Shown: positions 24,204 to 37,689 of the stretch, in pieces
Layout of the letters: every line of letters starts with the position of its first letter
How positions within the stretch are numbered: position 1 is the first letter of the stretch
Assembly: GCF_003704095.1 (NCBI RefSeq)
Contig: NW_020843512.1
Location: 1 to 64,000 of the forward strand
Length of the DNA: 64,000 nt
Source of the DNA: Pocillopora damicornis
Taxonomy: Eukaryota
Direction of reading: 5' to 3'
Notes under the pieces: generated by a model
Database searches by the model: none
Told to the model about the DNA's origin: nothing
Seen by the model: only the letters and a program-made list of their open reading frames with translations
Translations under genes and position numbers: made by a program

Positions 24204-24794
24204 GTCAGAAATATCAGCTATTTTTAGAAACAACTGATGTCTTATTTTTCGTCCTAAGTTGAAATTATCTCCGTTCCTCGACTTTAAATTTTTAAAAAAG
24301 AAAACAATTGCAAAACAACACAAGATCATAGATGGAGGACGCGAATAACTTCCGAAAGAGAAACGGATAGGAAAAACTGGAGAATAGGAAACTTCAGATT
24401 TTACATTACACACCCGACAATTGACAATTTCCTACACTAAAAAAAGTATCACACTTAGCAGTCTGTCATCGCTGTATTTAAATATCGGCCGTTACGGTCC
24501 CTCGTGTTCTCTTATCTCCTACTTAGTGCCTATGGATGTCAACCTTTTTTAACCACGTTTTCGGACAGTTTGTTGATCTAATTCTGTTGTGCCGAACTTG
24601 CTAAAGAAGGATCGATGTTGATACTTTAAAACATCATACAAATCAGTTCACCACTTCTCCCAAATCGCTAAAAAAAAAAAAGGGTGGATGTGGAAGAAGG
24701 GAAATTATGAACTAACTCATAAAAACTATGAGAACACATTCGCTGATCAGTTTGTTTGGATCACCATCTGTTGCTGCCGAAAGCCTGGCCATTT

Positions 24795-26709
24795 AATTCA
24801 CCTTTTGGGCTTTACCTTTCACGTGTAGTGTCACGTAACTTTTGATGTCAACAAACCCCGAAAGTTCGGACATTGAGTCGAGCTCGCAGCATATGTGTCC
24901 AGACTTCGGCTTTAGAAATTTTTATTAAATAACTACCCACTTTAAAGAAGTGTTCTTCGCTCAAAATTGGCGTCTTTCTTTTATCATTTTCTGATCGTTT
25001 ATCAAGTAAGTTGTCATTTCGCTGCCGTTGAAACAGATGCGAAGAATGTTACAGGAAGAGTTGCGGCATGGAATAATCGAACTAGTTCTGTGTTTAGTGA
25101 TGTATCTGATCAGGTATTTTCGGGGTGTTGTGTGCGTAGATTGTTAAATAAAATCACTTCTGTTCGAAAATTAGTGCCCAGGAATCGCCGTAGAACGTGA
25201 GGAAGCCTTAATTCCCACACGAAATTACGTATCTGGGTGTGGATTTCCTTAGCTGATAAATATACCGATTTTTTTTAACATAAGTAACGCAAGTGGGAAA
25301 TTCTGCGAAACTCAGAACAACTTTCAAGAAGAGTTAAACTTAAGAATGGCATATCACAAAGTAAAGTTGACTCAACGCAATGAGTGTGGCATAGCTTAAA
25401 AAACATCTACAAGAACGGGGGATTTCAGCAACCGGATACTTGAAACCTCGTTAATGAAAATCACCTCCACAGTCGAAAAAATGGCTGTGCCAGTGGATCC
25501 AAATTTCGAAAAGGCGACGCCACTGCTTTGGACGAATTAATCATTCATAATATGTTAATACCCAGTCCATTTTTCCTGGAGACTGTTAACAATTTTAACG
25601 AGTCGCCGCCGTTTGGATTGTACGACATTTTTAATAATTTGATTTGCTCTCCTGAACTCATCACTGGCTCTACGCTCAGATTTAAAAGGGCTTTGCCTAC
25701 TGCGTATTCCTCTTTCGATTCACCAGTTTTGACGATCAAGTGTCAGAAGGGTTTTTGCCACTGATCGTTCAAGGCAAACTTTACTGCACCTCTCTTTGTC
25801 TGCTTCTCGTTCGCAAGATGCGTTCTGTTTACGATTGAGTCGCGACGTCTACTCATGGTATACATATTTATCCCAAAGACAAAACAACGATTTAAAGAAT
25901 GACTGAATTAACTTACCCTTTCTTTACTAACTAAAGCAGATATGGGATCAGGATCCTCTTCTGTTGGCCCATTTCACCGACAAAATTTAGACTACAAACG
26001 TTGCTGTCCTTCGTGCACACAAACCAGTCACCTCGATGACATAACCTTATCCACCTTTGCATTCTCTCCTTTTTTTTGTAACTGTCCCCGGAAAATGGAA
26101 AAACTTGACCGGGTCGCCGTTAGCGTTTCTTACCCAGGAGTTGAGGTATCATGAATCGTTTCTGCAGTTGCCATAAGCACATCTCTTTGTCATAACCATT
26201 ATGTTTAGGTATACACTTACTAAACAACTGCAATCGGTTAGGTTCATAGAGTTGAAATCGGCTATGTCTTTGGGAATCAAGACTTCCTCATGTTCTACAG
26301 CGATTCGTGGGCACTAATTTCTTGTCAGACGAGGATTTAACTGACAATCTACGTACTAAACACCCTGAAAATACCTGATCAGATACATCACTGTAGAACT
26401 GTATGCAGAACTTGTTCGATTATTCGATGCCGCAACGCTTCCTGTAACATTCTTCGCATCTGCTTCAACGGCAGCGAAATGACAACTTGCTTGACAAACG
26501 ATCAGATAAATGATAAAAGAAAGATGGCAATTTTGAGCGAAGAAACGTTTTTTGAAAGTGGGCAGTTATTTAAGGAAAATTTCCATAAAAAAAGCCGAAG
26601 TTTGGGCACATGTGCTGCGAGCTCGACTAAATGTCCGAACTTTCGGGGTTTGTTGACATAAAAAGTCGCGTGACACTACAGGTGAAATTTAAAGCCCAAA
26701 AAGTGAATT
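24795..26709. mobile_element. Non-autonomous DNA transposon with about 430-bp terminal inverted repeats
   Basis: About 24795-25220 is the diverged reverse complement of about 26268-26709 (e.g. TGTCAACAAACCCCGAAAGTTCGGACATT). The interior holds only decayed coding-like sequence (NFNESPPFGLYDIFNNLI). Confidence 0.8.
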
Positions 26710-27942
26710 GCGGAGTATCGCATTCATTTCAAATTTCCATAAAACTGCGTTAAATGTTGCTGGGTGTCTGAGGGAATTTTTTCTCAGTGACTTTGTGACA
26801 CTCTATGGCTTAAAGAACAGTACCGTATTAGAAAAACAGATCGCTTACCATACAAAATTTATAATAATCATACGCTTACCTTTAAGTTCACGACACTTCT
26901 GCAGCTGTTTCTAGCTGTGGCTCACTGAACAAATTATTAAAATGTGAAACAGAGTTACAAAATTTATGTTTTTATTTTTGTGGGTCGTTAGCAAAGAGGG
27001 GGTGTTAGTCAAGACACCTATCATACAGCTTTTGGATACGTGTCAAAACTGGTTGAGCCTAGAACTTCCACAGGAACCTGCGCAAAAACCGTCATTCCTT
27101 TTAAGGATATACCTAAATGAATAAACATTTGCGGAAACGAAATGTAGGTGTAAACTTTTGAACGCCACTTGTGGTTTTCAGTTACCTCTGTTTTATTTTT
27201 TTCCTACCAAAGTAAACAAAGTTTCCGCGGAAGGTTTTTCGGCGCATCCGATAGGAACAAATATTTCAAGCAAAGCACTTTGAAGCAGGTGGGTCCAGTC
27301 CTTTCGAACGGTACTAGGATCTTGGAAGACAGAGACGAGGAAGATTTCCATCGTATTCTGTCTTAGTACAATAGAAAATTCACAACAAAAAGAAAGAAAG
27401 TCGCAATTCCTAGATGGTTGAAAATGAGTCGATCCGCAAACCTATTCAGACCCTAAGGAAAACGGATGCTATTACTAGACTTCATTTAATCAAAAAAATG
27501 AACGAGGAGAAAATCTGATAACTCTTAAAATTACTTTATCGAACGGGCACGAACGTAAAATCTGTGGAGCCACAGCAGCTAGCAATTACTTCTCGCGAAA
27601 GAACGATCTAGCGTTGTCAGTTTACACAGACGTCATAAGTTACTCGTGGGGCATCTCAGAAAACGAGACTCGAGGAAGGGAGGTAATTAGGAGATGGAGA
27701 TCGGAGATGCTGGCACAGGTTTTCTAGTGTGGGAGGAAGCTTGGTCAAAAATAGGGCCTTTTTCATGAAAATGGTATGCTAGGAAAAGGAGAAATTGGCA
27801 GCACGATGGCGATATTTTTGTGGCAATCGGTATTTTTGTGGTAATTTCTTCTTGCGGAAGAAAAAATTGATCATACCACACTCGAACTGATGCTAGCTGT
27901 CTTCATAACATAACTATAAATAGAGAAACATAATCGGTACCT

Positions 27943-28085
27943 ATGAGGAATCGAACCTCAGACCTTAGCATACCGCGAACCGATGCTCTATCACCGAGAC
28001 TCAATGAGGAGCCAGGCTATTGCGAGGTTCATATCACACGCTTACTACATATTGTTAGGATCAGTATTGTCGAAAGCGTCATGTT
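27943..28085 (-). repeat. tRNA-derived SINE fragment
   Basis: The reverse strand reads CTCGGTGATAGAGCATCGG...AAGGTCTGAGGTTCGATTCCTCAT (B box GGTTCGATTCC). A more decayed copy lies at about 53190-53240. Confidence 0.6.
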
Positions 28086-28663
28086 TAAGTGCCTATGGCT
28101 CGGAATTTCTTTTGGCATTTTTTGGTTGATAGCTGTATTCAGAATTAGAACAATTTGTTGCTAAAGAGGAACACGAAAATCCTTGCGAGCATTCCGAGAA
28201 AGGTGAAATTGTTGATCCACCACGTTTTCATTCATACATCAATTTTTTTTATTGAAGTTTGCCATCCTTGTTAAATAGGACCAAGGGTCAGTTGAAGTTT
28301 CCTGNNNNNNNNNNNNNNNNNNNNNNNNNNNNNNNNNNNNNNNNNNNNNNNNNNNNNNNNNNNNNNNNNNNNNNNNNNNNNNNNNNNNNNNNNNNNNNNN
28401 NNNNCCCTGTACACAGAGTGCGAAGAGATCCAAGCGTGACACAATTTTCAGCGGACACTACCGGACACGGTCATCGAATAACTAAACGTCCGGCAGTCTG
28501 ATATTTTTCCAACTTTTCTGTTTGAAAAATACCAATTTCTATTGGGAAATATTTTATCTTTATTTAGAATCCTCAAGCGCTTCTAAAAAATAAAAAAATT
28601 CGAACGTTGTCCTCTTCGCCGACTCTTTTCACAAAGTACTAAGAGATCCAAGCGTGACACTTA

Positions 28664-29917
28664 AGGCCTGTTTACATGGAAGTGGGGTGTTGAAGGCTTA
28701 AATTTAATAACTGTCCTAAATGTAACAACATTTGGTCCTAAATGTAATGAAGTCCTAAATGTAATAACATTTAGTCATAAAAGTAATAAGCCTCCAATGT
28801 AATCGTTGAACTCATTCAGTGCATTGGTCAGACAATTTGCAGACTTGGATATATTTTTTTTGTCTTTCCATGCCTGAATGGACCTTGTTAGCATGCACAT
28901 TTTGTTTCCCAATTCGGGCTTCTAAAGAGTTATTACTTTGAAATTTCCGAATATCTTCGTGAGTATATGAATATATACTCACGAAAGGACATAACTGGGA
29001 CAATTATGTTCTCTTGATCTTGAAATATATGCAACAAATCCGAAAAACGGATAAGGTATTGCATGTGTCTGCATCAAATTATATACTCAGTGACGTACAT
29101 TTAACAGGTGTAAATGCAAAGAAGCTGCTGTCCAGCACATCATCACAAATCATCGTCTCAGATTGTCAATCGCAAAACAGACATTTAACAAAAATCTGGA
29201 GCATGTCATGAACGAGCTCATCGACGCAAATGTTTTGGTATCGCCCGCATTGACCCCGCGCAAGAAACTTACAAAGTTCCTAAGTTTTGGACAATGTCGA
29301 CTTGAACATAGAAGAAATCAAACGACCCTCTTAGGTTTACTGTGCTACAAACACAGTTGGCTTTCACTCTCGGCTCTCGAAATAAGTCATTCTTGATTCT
29401 TATAAAGCGAAATAGTACCAATAACTTAAATAATAAATAACAATAGTAAAAATAGAAATAGTAACAGGTAGGTGAGGTAACCCGCCTAGCCGTGGTCGAA
29501 AAATAAAATGCGTTTACATACAATCTTACGTCCCCGGGGTGCTGGGGTGAGGTTTCTTGAGGTTGTTGTTACGCTTGCAATTCGGGAGTTTGAGCAGAGA
29601 CGTCCCAAGCTCATGTCTCGAGAAAAACGAAAGATTAATTCCTGGACATGTATGTATTTATCCATGAAAGCGTCACGCGTTGTGTTACGCGGTGTTAGGT
29701 TACGCGAGGAACCATTAACTTAGTACGTTATACGAAATAGTTTGAAATACTGTCGATACACAACGCTAAATATTCCGAAATGTGAACTTTTTACACTCCT
29801 CTTATCATGTAAACGTGATCAATATAAAATAAGAAATTATATGGACAGGCGGGTTACGCCACCAAGGCGGGCTACCTCACCTACCTTTGGTCCCCCACCT
29901 CCATGTAAACAGGCCCT
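28664..29917. mobile_element. MITE interrupted by a nested insertion (about 28688-29465)
   Basis: TIRs AGGCCTGTTTACATGGAAGTGGGG / CCCCACCTCCATGTAAACAGGCC. The left arm resumes at about 29465. The insert carries GTCCTAAATGTAA subterminal repeats. Confidence 0.7.
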
Positions 29918-30237
29918 TAAAAAATTTTTTTTTGGTTTCTTACCGGACAAAATTCAAAATACTGCAAGGAAACTGTAAAACGACGAACGGCGAATGCATT
30001 AACTATAAAACAGTTGACTATATGTCTAGGATGGCTCTTGAGAAAGACGATTTTAGAAGGTTTTCTTCCAGGTAATCTAGGAATTTCGTGTTACAAGAAA
30101 TTAGGTCGAGGCGCGCGTTGCATCAATGGTGAAAATGGGCCTTTAACGGCCAAAAAGTGTCCTCATTAAGCACGCGGCCAAAACGATCATGTTACATCGT
30201 TGTGACGTAGAAAACTGTGAAGACACGTCAGCAACTA

Positions 30238-31925
30238 TGATGGAGAAAGGAAAAATTTGGAAGATAGGACAAACGTATTGCGTGGTCGGAGCGCCAAACG
30301 ATATTAGCTACCAGAATAATACACATATACCAGGTATTTTCGGCTGACACGTCGCAAGCGAAGAATGGTAAGTTCCTTATTGTTCATATGTATTTCACGC
30401 GCTTGAGATGTGCTCATACCGGCCTTTTCTTTCCAATGACTACATTTGCGCTTTTCTTATCGTATGAAAATCCTACCAGTCGTAGTTTCCAACGTATTTT
30501 GTTACCAGAAAAGCATAATTTGTGATAAAGTTCAAGCCCTTTCCTGAACTGGCCGATATCCTGTTGCGTGAACAGTGCGAAACTTCTGGCGGATACTGGC
30601 ATAAACAAAAGCTCGAAGGGGCTGTGTATTCTTCTAACCTAGGTCTCCGAAAATAAATCCCACGAGCTATCAATTCTCCCCTGCCTTCAAGAAACTAAAA
30701 GTAGCAACAGTGACAATGTCAATGTGATAACAGCACTCCAACGAGATCAATAAAGAAACAAAAAAATGTATTGAATCAGATGGTAGCGAATCCAAGCACT
30801 GTGTGAAAGACGAATCTTAATTTGCAATACTGATGTCAATTATTTGCCATTGAGCGAAATGGGTCATATGGCAATGCTGCACTTAAACTAAAANNNNNNN
30901 NNNNNNNNNNNNNNNNNNNNNNNNNNNNNNNNNNNNNNNNNNNNNNNNNNNNNNNNNNNNNNNNNNNNNNNNNNNNNNNNNNNNNNNNNNNNNATTTGCC
31001 ATTGAGCGAAATGGGTCATATGGCAATGCTGCACTTAAACTAAAAAAATTTTCTCCATTAAAATCTCTATTTGAGGTTAAATTGAATCAGATAAACTCGC
31101 TCGTTTTCTGTTTGACAGGCTCGACGACGACAGCCTCAGCCTTTGCAATCTTTGAGAAAAGGAGCAACTTGCAAAGAAACTGCCCGATGACCTCTCGGCA
31201 CAAAATCATCGTGCCTCGTGATATAGCCGACTCTTTCGTCGAAAGTTAGCTTGTGGTTTGCTAAGGGAATCATTCTACAGCAACGAAACTCTAGAGCACT
31301 GATCAAGGGTAACCTTCGCCGCACTTGGTGCGGAGGAATAAAATGTTATGTCAACAAAAACGAACACAGCTACCCATTCTTAACATAGATATCGCCATAG
31401 AAAACAAAACACAAACGCAACAAACTAAACATTCAGTCACGGGAGTTTTTTGTTCTGATCTTGACCTGAACACCGCACGCGAGAAACCGTCTTAGTCAGT
31501 CTTCGTCGAAATCTTCGTTTGATGCACTCGGTTCTCCTTCGTAGGGCTGAATCGTACTCGCAACTTCCATTTCTTCTTTATTACCTAAGTACGATGTATC
31601 AAAACTCTCGGTAGAGCTTGCTGAAGTTAGGTAAACATCGCTATCGGACATTATTTCGAGAGTATTTCAACGCTGACCGATACAAAATTACAAGAGGTTT
31701 GAGAGATTTGTAAGTGTCAACGGAGAGTTTTCACAGTTTTTACGTCATCACTCTCTAATTTGTTACCAGTCCACGGGATACTTTAAAGACAAAATAAGAG
31801 CACTTTAAGGCCCGAAAAACCGAGTTTTATGTTATTTGAAATTTTTCTTCGACCGAAATTGGTTTATACACATGATAAGCTAAATATTTAGACAAAAAAA
31901 AAAATTCGCGTCGTGGACACTTTAA
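30238..31925. mobile_element. Degenerate DNA transposon remnant(s) with THAP-like N-terminus
   Basis: 30238+ translates YCVVGAPNDISYQNNTHIPGI, resembling a THAP start. A Kolobok-like terminus (GTGGACACTTTAA) ends at 31925. Spans a gap, so it may not be one element. Confidence 0.35.
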
Positions 31926-32219
31926 CCGAACTGCAAATGTACCACCTTTTCTAATCTGTTTGTAATTAACTGCCTCTAGCAGGTATCATCTGATTGGTCA
32001 ATCAGTCTCCTTAACTTATGTTTTACACGTATAAGCCAATTTAAATGTGCACGTGAACTCAGAAGAACGACAAATGAACTCATAGCAATGAAATGTACTC
32101 AGATGAAAGAGCAAATGACAGTTCTTACACTGATCTGTACTTAGCTGGTCATAGCTAAAAAACAACACTTGCGGTACTTATTGTACTTCGAAGGCAACAT
32201 GAACTCACAATAATCGGCG

Positions 32220-32954
32220 GTGATCCTTCCGTACCTCACCTACTGCCATCTCACCTGGCATTTTTGCCGCGCAAGTGACAAGAGAAAATTTGAACGCACT
32301 CAGGAGAGGGGTTTGCGTGCAGTCTTCAGAGATAGTAAATCTACATATGAGCAATTACTTAAGAAGGCTAATTTAAAATCTCTTTATGAAAGAAGGCTAC
32401 AGGATATAGCTTGTTTAATGTTTAAAGTGAGGCATAATCTGTGCCCACCGACTGTCAAAAATTTGTTTTCATCGAAAAGTTCCACTTACAACCTCAGAGG
32501 CGCAGATTTCCACATTCCTAGATTTAATACTGTTACCTATGGAAAACATTCCCTAAGATGTATTGGCCCTTTGCTATGGAATCGACTTTCAGCTAACATA
32601 AAAACCTCACCTTCTCTACAATCTTTTAAAAAACAGATCTGTTTAACTAACCTTTCGTCTAAATTAGAATACGATTGTGAGAACTGTGTTCTATGTAGCA
32701 CATGAACAATTATCTGGCTCAGGGAACGCTCTATGTGTTTATTTGATTTAATAATGAGTATTAAATAAGGTAGTTTAAACTTTTAGTTCTTAATGTCAAT
32801 GACGTATTTAAATTTTATCTATTGTAAATAGTTAAATTAGTTGAATTTTAACTTATTGTATTGAGTTTAGGTGTCCCCTATTAGTAAAGGGTTTCTTACC
32901 CTCAGCTAGATCGATTTGACACATGAACAAAGTTTTTCATTCATTCATTCATTC
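32220..32954 (+). mobile_element. 5'-truncated L2-type LINE
   Basis: ILPYLTYCHLTWHFC..ERTQERGLRAV..RRLQDIACLMFKV..YNLR..YGKHSLR..GPLLWNRL (RT C-terminus), with a 3' (CATT)n tail. Confidence 0.88.
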
Positions 32955-33406
32955 TTGGAGGGAAGAAATAGCTTTAAAGAAAGTCAAATGACCACAGCCA
33001 TAAACCGTGTGTTTCTTTTATTCTTTTGTTTCATATTACTTTGCAGTTTCTGCAATGCTTATATTTAATTTTTTGGTGCGAACGGCTTTAACGAGTAAAA
33101 TAACGCCCAAGCTCTTGGGCATTATTTTTTTTGTTCACAGTTTTACTGGTTGCAAATCGTTTCATGTTATCAACATAAACTAGTGTAGGGATTGAAACAG
33201 AGACTAGAGGAGATGATTGAGGCTGATATATTTGGAATCTGCGTTGATATCTGTAAGCCGTAACAGTGTTAATGAGAGGTTGATTTTAACCGGTCTTGGA
33301 GGATTTTGGTAGTCATTAGGAAATTTGCCTGATCCTTCTATAAGGCTCTGACTGGTCCTCGACTCTTCTTGATCCACGGTGACATCATACGCAGTAACAA
33401 AAAAGT

Positions 33407-34465
33407 TCACGGATCATAAACGAACGCCGTTGTAAGTTCCACCACGGTCCACATCCAAACTCTTTCCCCTGTTCTGACGTCACAGTCTTGAACCAGACCC
33501 TTGAGTGAATATCGCACTTCGCGGCAGGAGGATGTGCAGTTAGGGCAAACAGCTTTGGTCAAAAATCGAGGAAAACGATTTGGGTCGTCATCTACGCCCC
33601 AGCTCCAAGGGCACCTTGAGGTACCTGGCAACTGTACAGTGCCGTCACGGGTAGTTTGTCTTGAAGTTCTAGGAGCTGACTTAGTCCTTGAGACGAACAT
33701 GAAATGACGGCGAAGACGTTTGAGTGTTTTTTGAGGAGTTAGACTGGACACTGTTGGGCATGAGGAAACTTGAAGGGACCACGAAGTTACGCCCAAAATA
33801 ACAATCACGAGATAAATCTGACGATAAAACAAAATCATTTTCAATATTGCTTGAAGCTGACTCGAATACCCATTTCTGTTCTCTATGACTACCACGATAT
33901 GAATTCTCTCTCAAAATTTTAAACTTCGACTATTTTGAAAATGACTTCTTTCCAGGACACAAACTTTGTAGCCCAACTTCACTAACGCTTAATTACTCAC
34001 TCAACAGTCAAAAAGAGGATGGCAGGTAATCTGATGATCTTATGGCGTTAGATTTAATGACCAAAACAAACAATGCGCACAGGATACAGTAAATAGATAA
34101 GAAAACTGAAATATCATTTCTTAAAAGCTTATACGTGTAGGAAACTACAAAAATAAAACTATAAAAATAAAAGAGAAGAGTATACGAGTATCGTACAATC
34201 ATAGAAGAGAAAAAAAAATTGGTTTTAGTAAAGTTTAAATCAACTTCAGCGAAGATGCTTTATTTGTTGTTATTTTTGCATCTCAGTGGTGTGGAAGATA
34301 GTGCAAGAGGCCAACTTCACACTATAACGTCAAGAAAAACTAATACATTCCTAAATTATTCTTGAAATTTTAAATCGCTATCTTTGAAAAAACTATTCGA
34401 ACAATCCTGGCTGAGGAACTATTATTTAAAAATAAAACACTTACTTTGTTAAAATAGGAAGCCAT
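33407..34465 (-). CDS. IL17: IL-17-like cytokine C (143 aa; exons 34465-34445 and 33817-33407)
   Basis: SRCPWSWGVDDDPNRFPRFLTKAVC is the IL-17 signature. Exon 1 MASYFNK|GTAAGT splices in phase 0 at TTTTATCGTCAG|IYLVIVILG to give a signal peptide. Confidence 0.85.
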
Positions 34466-34574
34466 CCTCTCCCTCTTTTTGAGTTCTTCTTGTTTTCTTC
34501 GTCACCAACTGAGAGGCCTGCACTAACAGCAAAGTAAGCTTTTTCGACTCCTGAAAAATATGGCAGTGAGCTGT

Positions 34575-34643
34575 CTTTTATATCATCCGTTTTTCCCTTG
34601 TGTAATTAAATTTTATCTTTCTTCATCCTTTCGGAGCACTCCC
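34575..34643 (-). promoter_or_regulatory. IL-17 C promoter: TATA and kB-like site
   Basis: TATAAAAG at 34582-34575 (same GATG.TATAAAAGA context as IL-17 B) and GGGAGTGCTCC at 34643-34633. Confidence 0.5.
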
Positions 34644-35424
34644 ACGTCCAAATATATTAGCTAACCTTTCTTTTCTCAGAACTTGCGTTCCAGAAGCGGG
34701 CAACACGAATTGACTTCCCGACTATTTTTGTAGTCAGAATTTATCAATATTTTTGACCTAGGGGCTAAAATAGAATGAGACGCAACGTTATGTGTAATTT
34801 CTCGCTATATTGTATCTCTTGTGAATTAATACTTACGCGTTACACTATGGAAATATAAGGTTTTTGGTTCCCACTCTCTCCTTCCCATGTGTCAATGTAT
34901 CGTTCCGCATCTTTTTGTCGTGAGTGTACTTTTATGACTAAAAAAAAGTTTAACAGGAATTTGAATTATTTTGTTCCTGTCGTTAAGAAATATTGGACTT
35001 GTAGTTCAGAAGACGAAAACTTGAAACGACTTCTCAATTTCTTAGATAGTCAAAAAAAATTGCAATTTGGTCTGTTAACAAGTGTAATGTTTTATATGGA
35101 GGTATCTTTGCAGACTGAGCGAAAGATCTTCCTGTTTTTTTAAGTTAACGGAGGTAAGCTAATATCAAGTCTTGATCGAACTGTTCCGAACTGTTGAATC
35201 GTTCGTTTGTACATTCGAGACCATCTTGACTACTGCAGTTGTTTTATACAGCTAACCGCAAATTTGCTATTCCTTTCATAATGGTATGATTTACATGATT
35301 TTCACTCACTTGTATTTTTTGCTAGTAGATTTTGCGCATACATGCTATCCCATAAAATATAATTTGTCATAGATATGCAAAGTCACGTTTAGTTATAAGA
35401 AACCCTAAACGGTAGCGCTCGATA

Positions 35425-35725
35425 CAATGGATTTTATTAGTTACTACATTAACTTCTACCGATGTAAAAGATGTATTGGAGAGCTTTCACTCACAAAGTC
35501 TTACTACTGCCTTGGCTTAGTCAATTATGTCAGTCTTAAGTTCCCCCAAATTGCTTCCCCTGGCTAACATGATTATAGGGTAATTTAGAATGATCGACTG
35601 AGTTGATAACGTAAATTGGCCACCGTAAAGAACTCAACTCAATCGATGAATACGCTGTTATACGAACTCTCCCTCCGACGCAACACCACAGTTTCTTTAG
35701 AAACTTACCCTCTTTATTCATTTGA
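35425..35725. repeat. Segment duplicated in inverted orientation at 39262-39570
   Basis: Reverse-complement match; includes a common Penelope-associated repeat fragment. Confidence 0.75.
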
Positions 35726-35821
35726 CATGATTATAGCAATTTGCACAGCTTTAAGGAGAATAGGAAGTTGGCTAGACTAGGAAGTTGTTATAGTAGATCC
35801 ATGACACACTTAAGATATATT

Positions 35822-36195
35822 AGGGACCCTAAGCAAACCACGACGGCGACGGCAACGAGGACATGGAAAAACAAAAGATCTAATTGGCAGAACAATAGCT
35901 CAGCACGTGCGTTTTAAAACTTGGTACATTTCTTAGCCGTCCTATGCAAAACAATAACGTGAAATCACCACAATTTGCGTCGTCTGCGAACCGAAACCGC
36001 GACGGCAAATTATTTTAATTTCCATTTGGAACTCAACGCTTCTTTTAGACGTTATGCTGAACGCTATGTGGAGGTGTGGCGCCGTATGGGACGGTAAACA
36101 CATGCAGCCATTTTTTAAATTCTAATTTAAGGCAGAAATTCATTTTTCAATCGAAGTATTCCTTGGCTTTGCCGTCCTGACTGCATAAGGTCCCT
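35822..36195. mobile_element. PIF/Harbinger-like MITE
   Basis: TIRs AGGGACC(C/T)TA...TAAGGTCCCT; close copy at 50856-51227. Confidence 0.8.
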
Positions 36196-37689
36196 AAAAT
36201 TAAGCTTACAACGTACGTGCATTAGGTTGAGATTAGCAGTAGCTCTTTATAAAGATAACACTCATAAATTTAAGTAGTCTTTAGAGAGGATCACCTCTCT
36301 TAAACAATACCGTAAAAATCAAATCAACCACAAAGAGCAAATTCAAACACGATTATGTCTGAGCCGACTGTCTAAAAAAAGTTTTGTATTCCGGCCGTAT
36401 ACGTCATATATTACATCACTCGCTTGACTCTTTCGTCGCGGACTAATACATATTTATTGTTTGGAAGCTGTAATGCAGAAAAAAACTAATTATTTTGCAG
36501 TCGGACCTAGGTATGTGTTTTGCTTTAATCTTAAGTTGAATGTTTCCGATGATTTCCAATCTCTCCGAAAACTTGAAATAGGAACCTCTATGAAACCCAG
36601 ACAAGGAGCCCACATTTAGAATTTGCTTAAAATAAAATCCGCTAATTTCCTGGTTTCCACCCATCTCTAGATGTTGATCTGGTGGCAACATTACTGGAAG
36701 TCCTTCCACCAAATACATATTATTGATAATGACGACATTGCTTAAAGTAGCCAGAGAAAAATCAGGAATGACATTATATTGTGGTAAATATCTGAAAAAT
36801 GTTATGGCCTTGCAATAACTTCCTCTCACGAGGTTATCAAGTGGTAGCCCATCCATGGACGATTGATCAAATTTTTGTTCATCAAGGTAATTTGACTATG
36901 ACTCTGAACGCTTATCCTCCTCCTACCAAATCGACTTTTTCATCGACAGGCTAAGCAATCCGACTGACATCAAATCAAGAACTGCAAGGGAAAAGTAATT
37001 ATTCCAGGAAACTATTCACTGATAATGGAAAATGACATATGTTGAATATAATTTCAATTCAATTTTACAAGAAAAGAGGAAATTTTCGCTGTCGAGTAGA
37101 AATGTATTGAGTAAACTTAATTCTTAGTAAGGTCAAAGGTAGTGAGGAAATGTGAGGGTTAAGGAAAATGAAATTCAGCATCTATAACAAGCAACCAATT
37201 GATTTCACGGCAAAGAACAAGATGGTCTACCCTGAGAAACCGTACAAAACTTCTCCGCTGCGATTGATAACTTTCACTAAACCCTACTATTAGTCCGAGA
37301 TCTATAAACACATAATTTTTTAAGTGCAGATTTTCTGAAGTAAAGAAAATTTGGTAAAAAACACTATTTAAGAGATGGTTCTTTGCCACTTCAGTATATG
37401 CTGGGTTACATGTACTCTACATTATACATTCTTGACCAGGAAACTTAGCAATGTTGAAGAAAAAAATTTTAATGGCTAATAAAAACCGCCTCACAGTTGA
37501 ATTGATTCCAACAACTTTTACAACATAGAAAGGAATTATTTTTTGAGAAATATACAGGTATAGAGAAATAAATATACATATATATATAAATGTATATATG
37601 CATTTATATATGTGTGTGTGTGTGTGCTTTAGATATGAGAAATAAAATATCAACACTTGACAGTGATTTTCCTGAGAATTTTTACAAAT

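Noticed and set aside
30842-31045. Direct repeat of about 50 bp flanking a gap
   Set aside because: Unmerged contig overlap, an assembly artefact.
36443-36856. 137-aa ORF between IL-17 genes
   Set aside because: No recognisable motif; absent from the inverted partial copy at 39008-39570, so likely TE debris.
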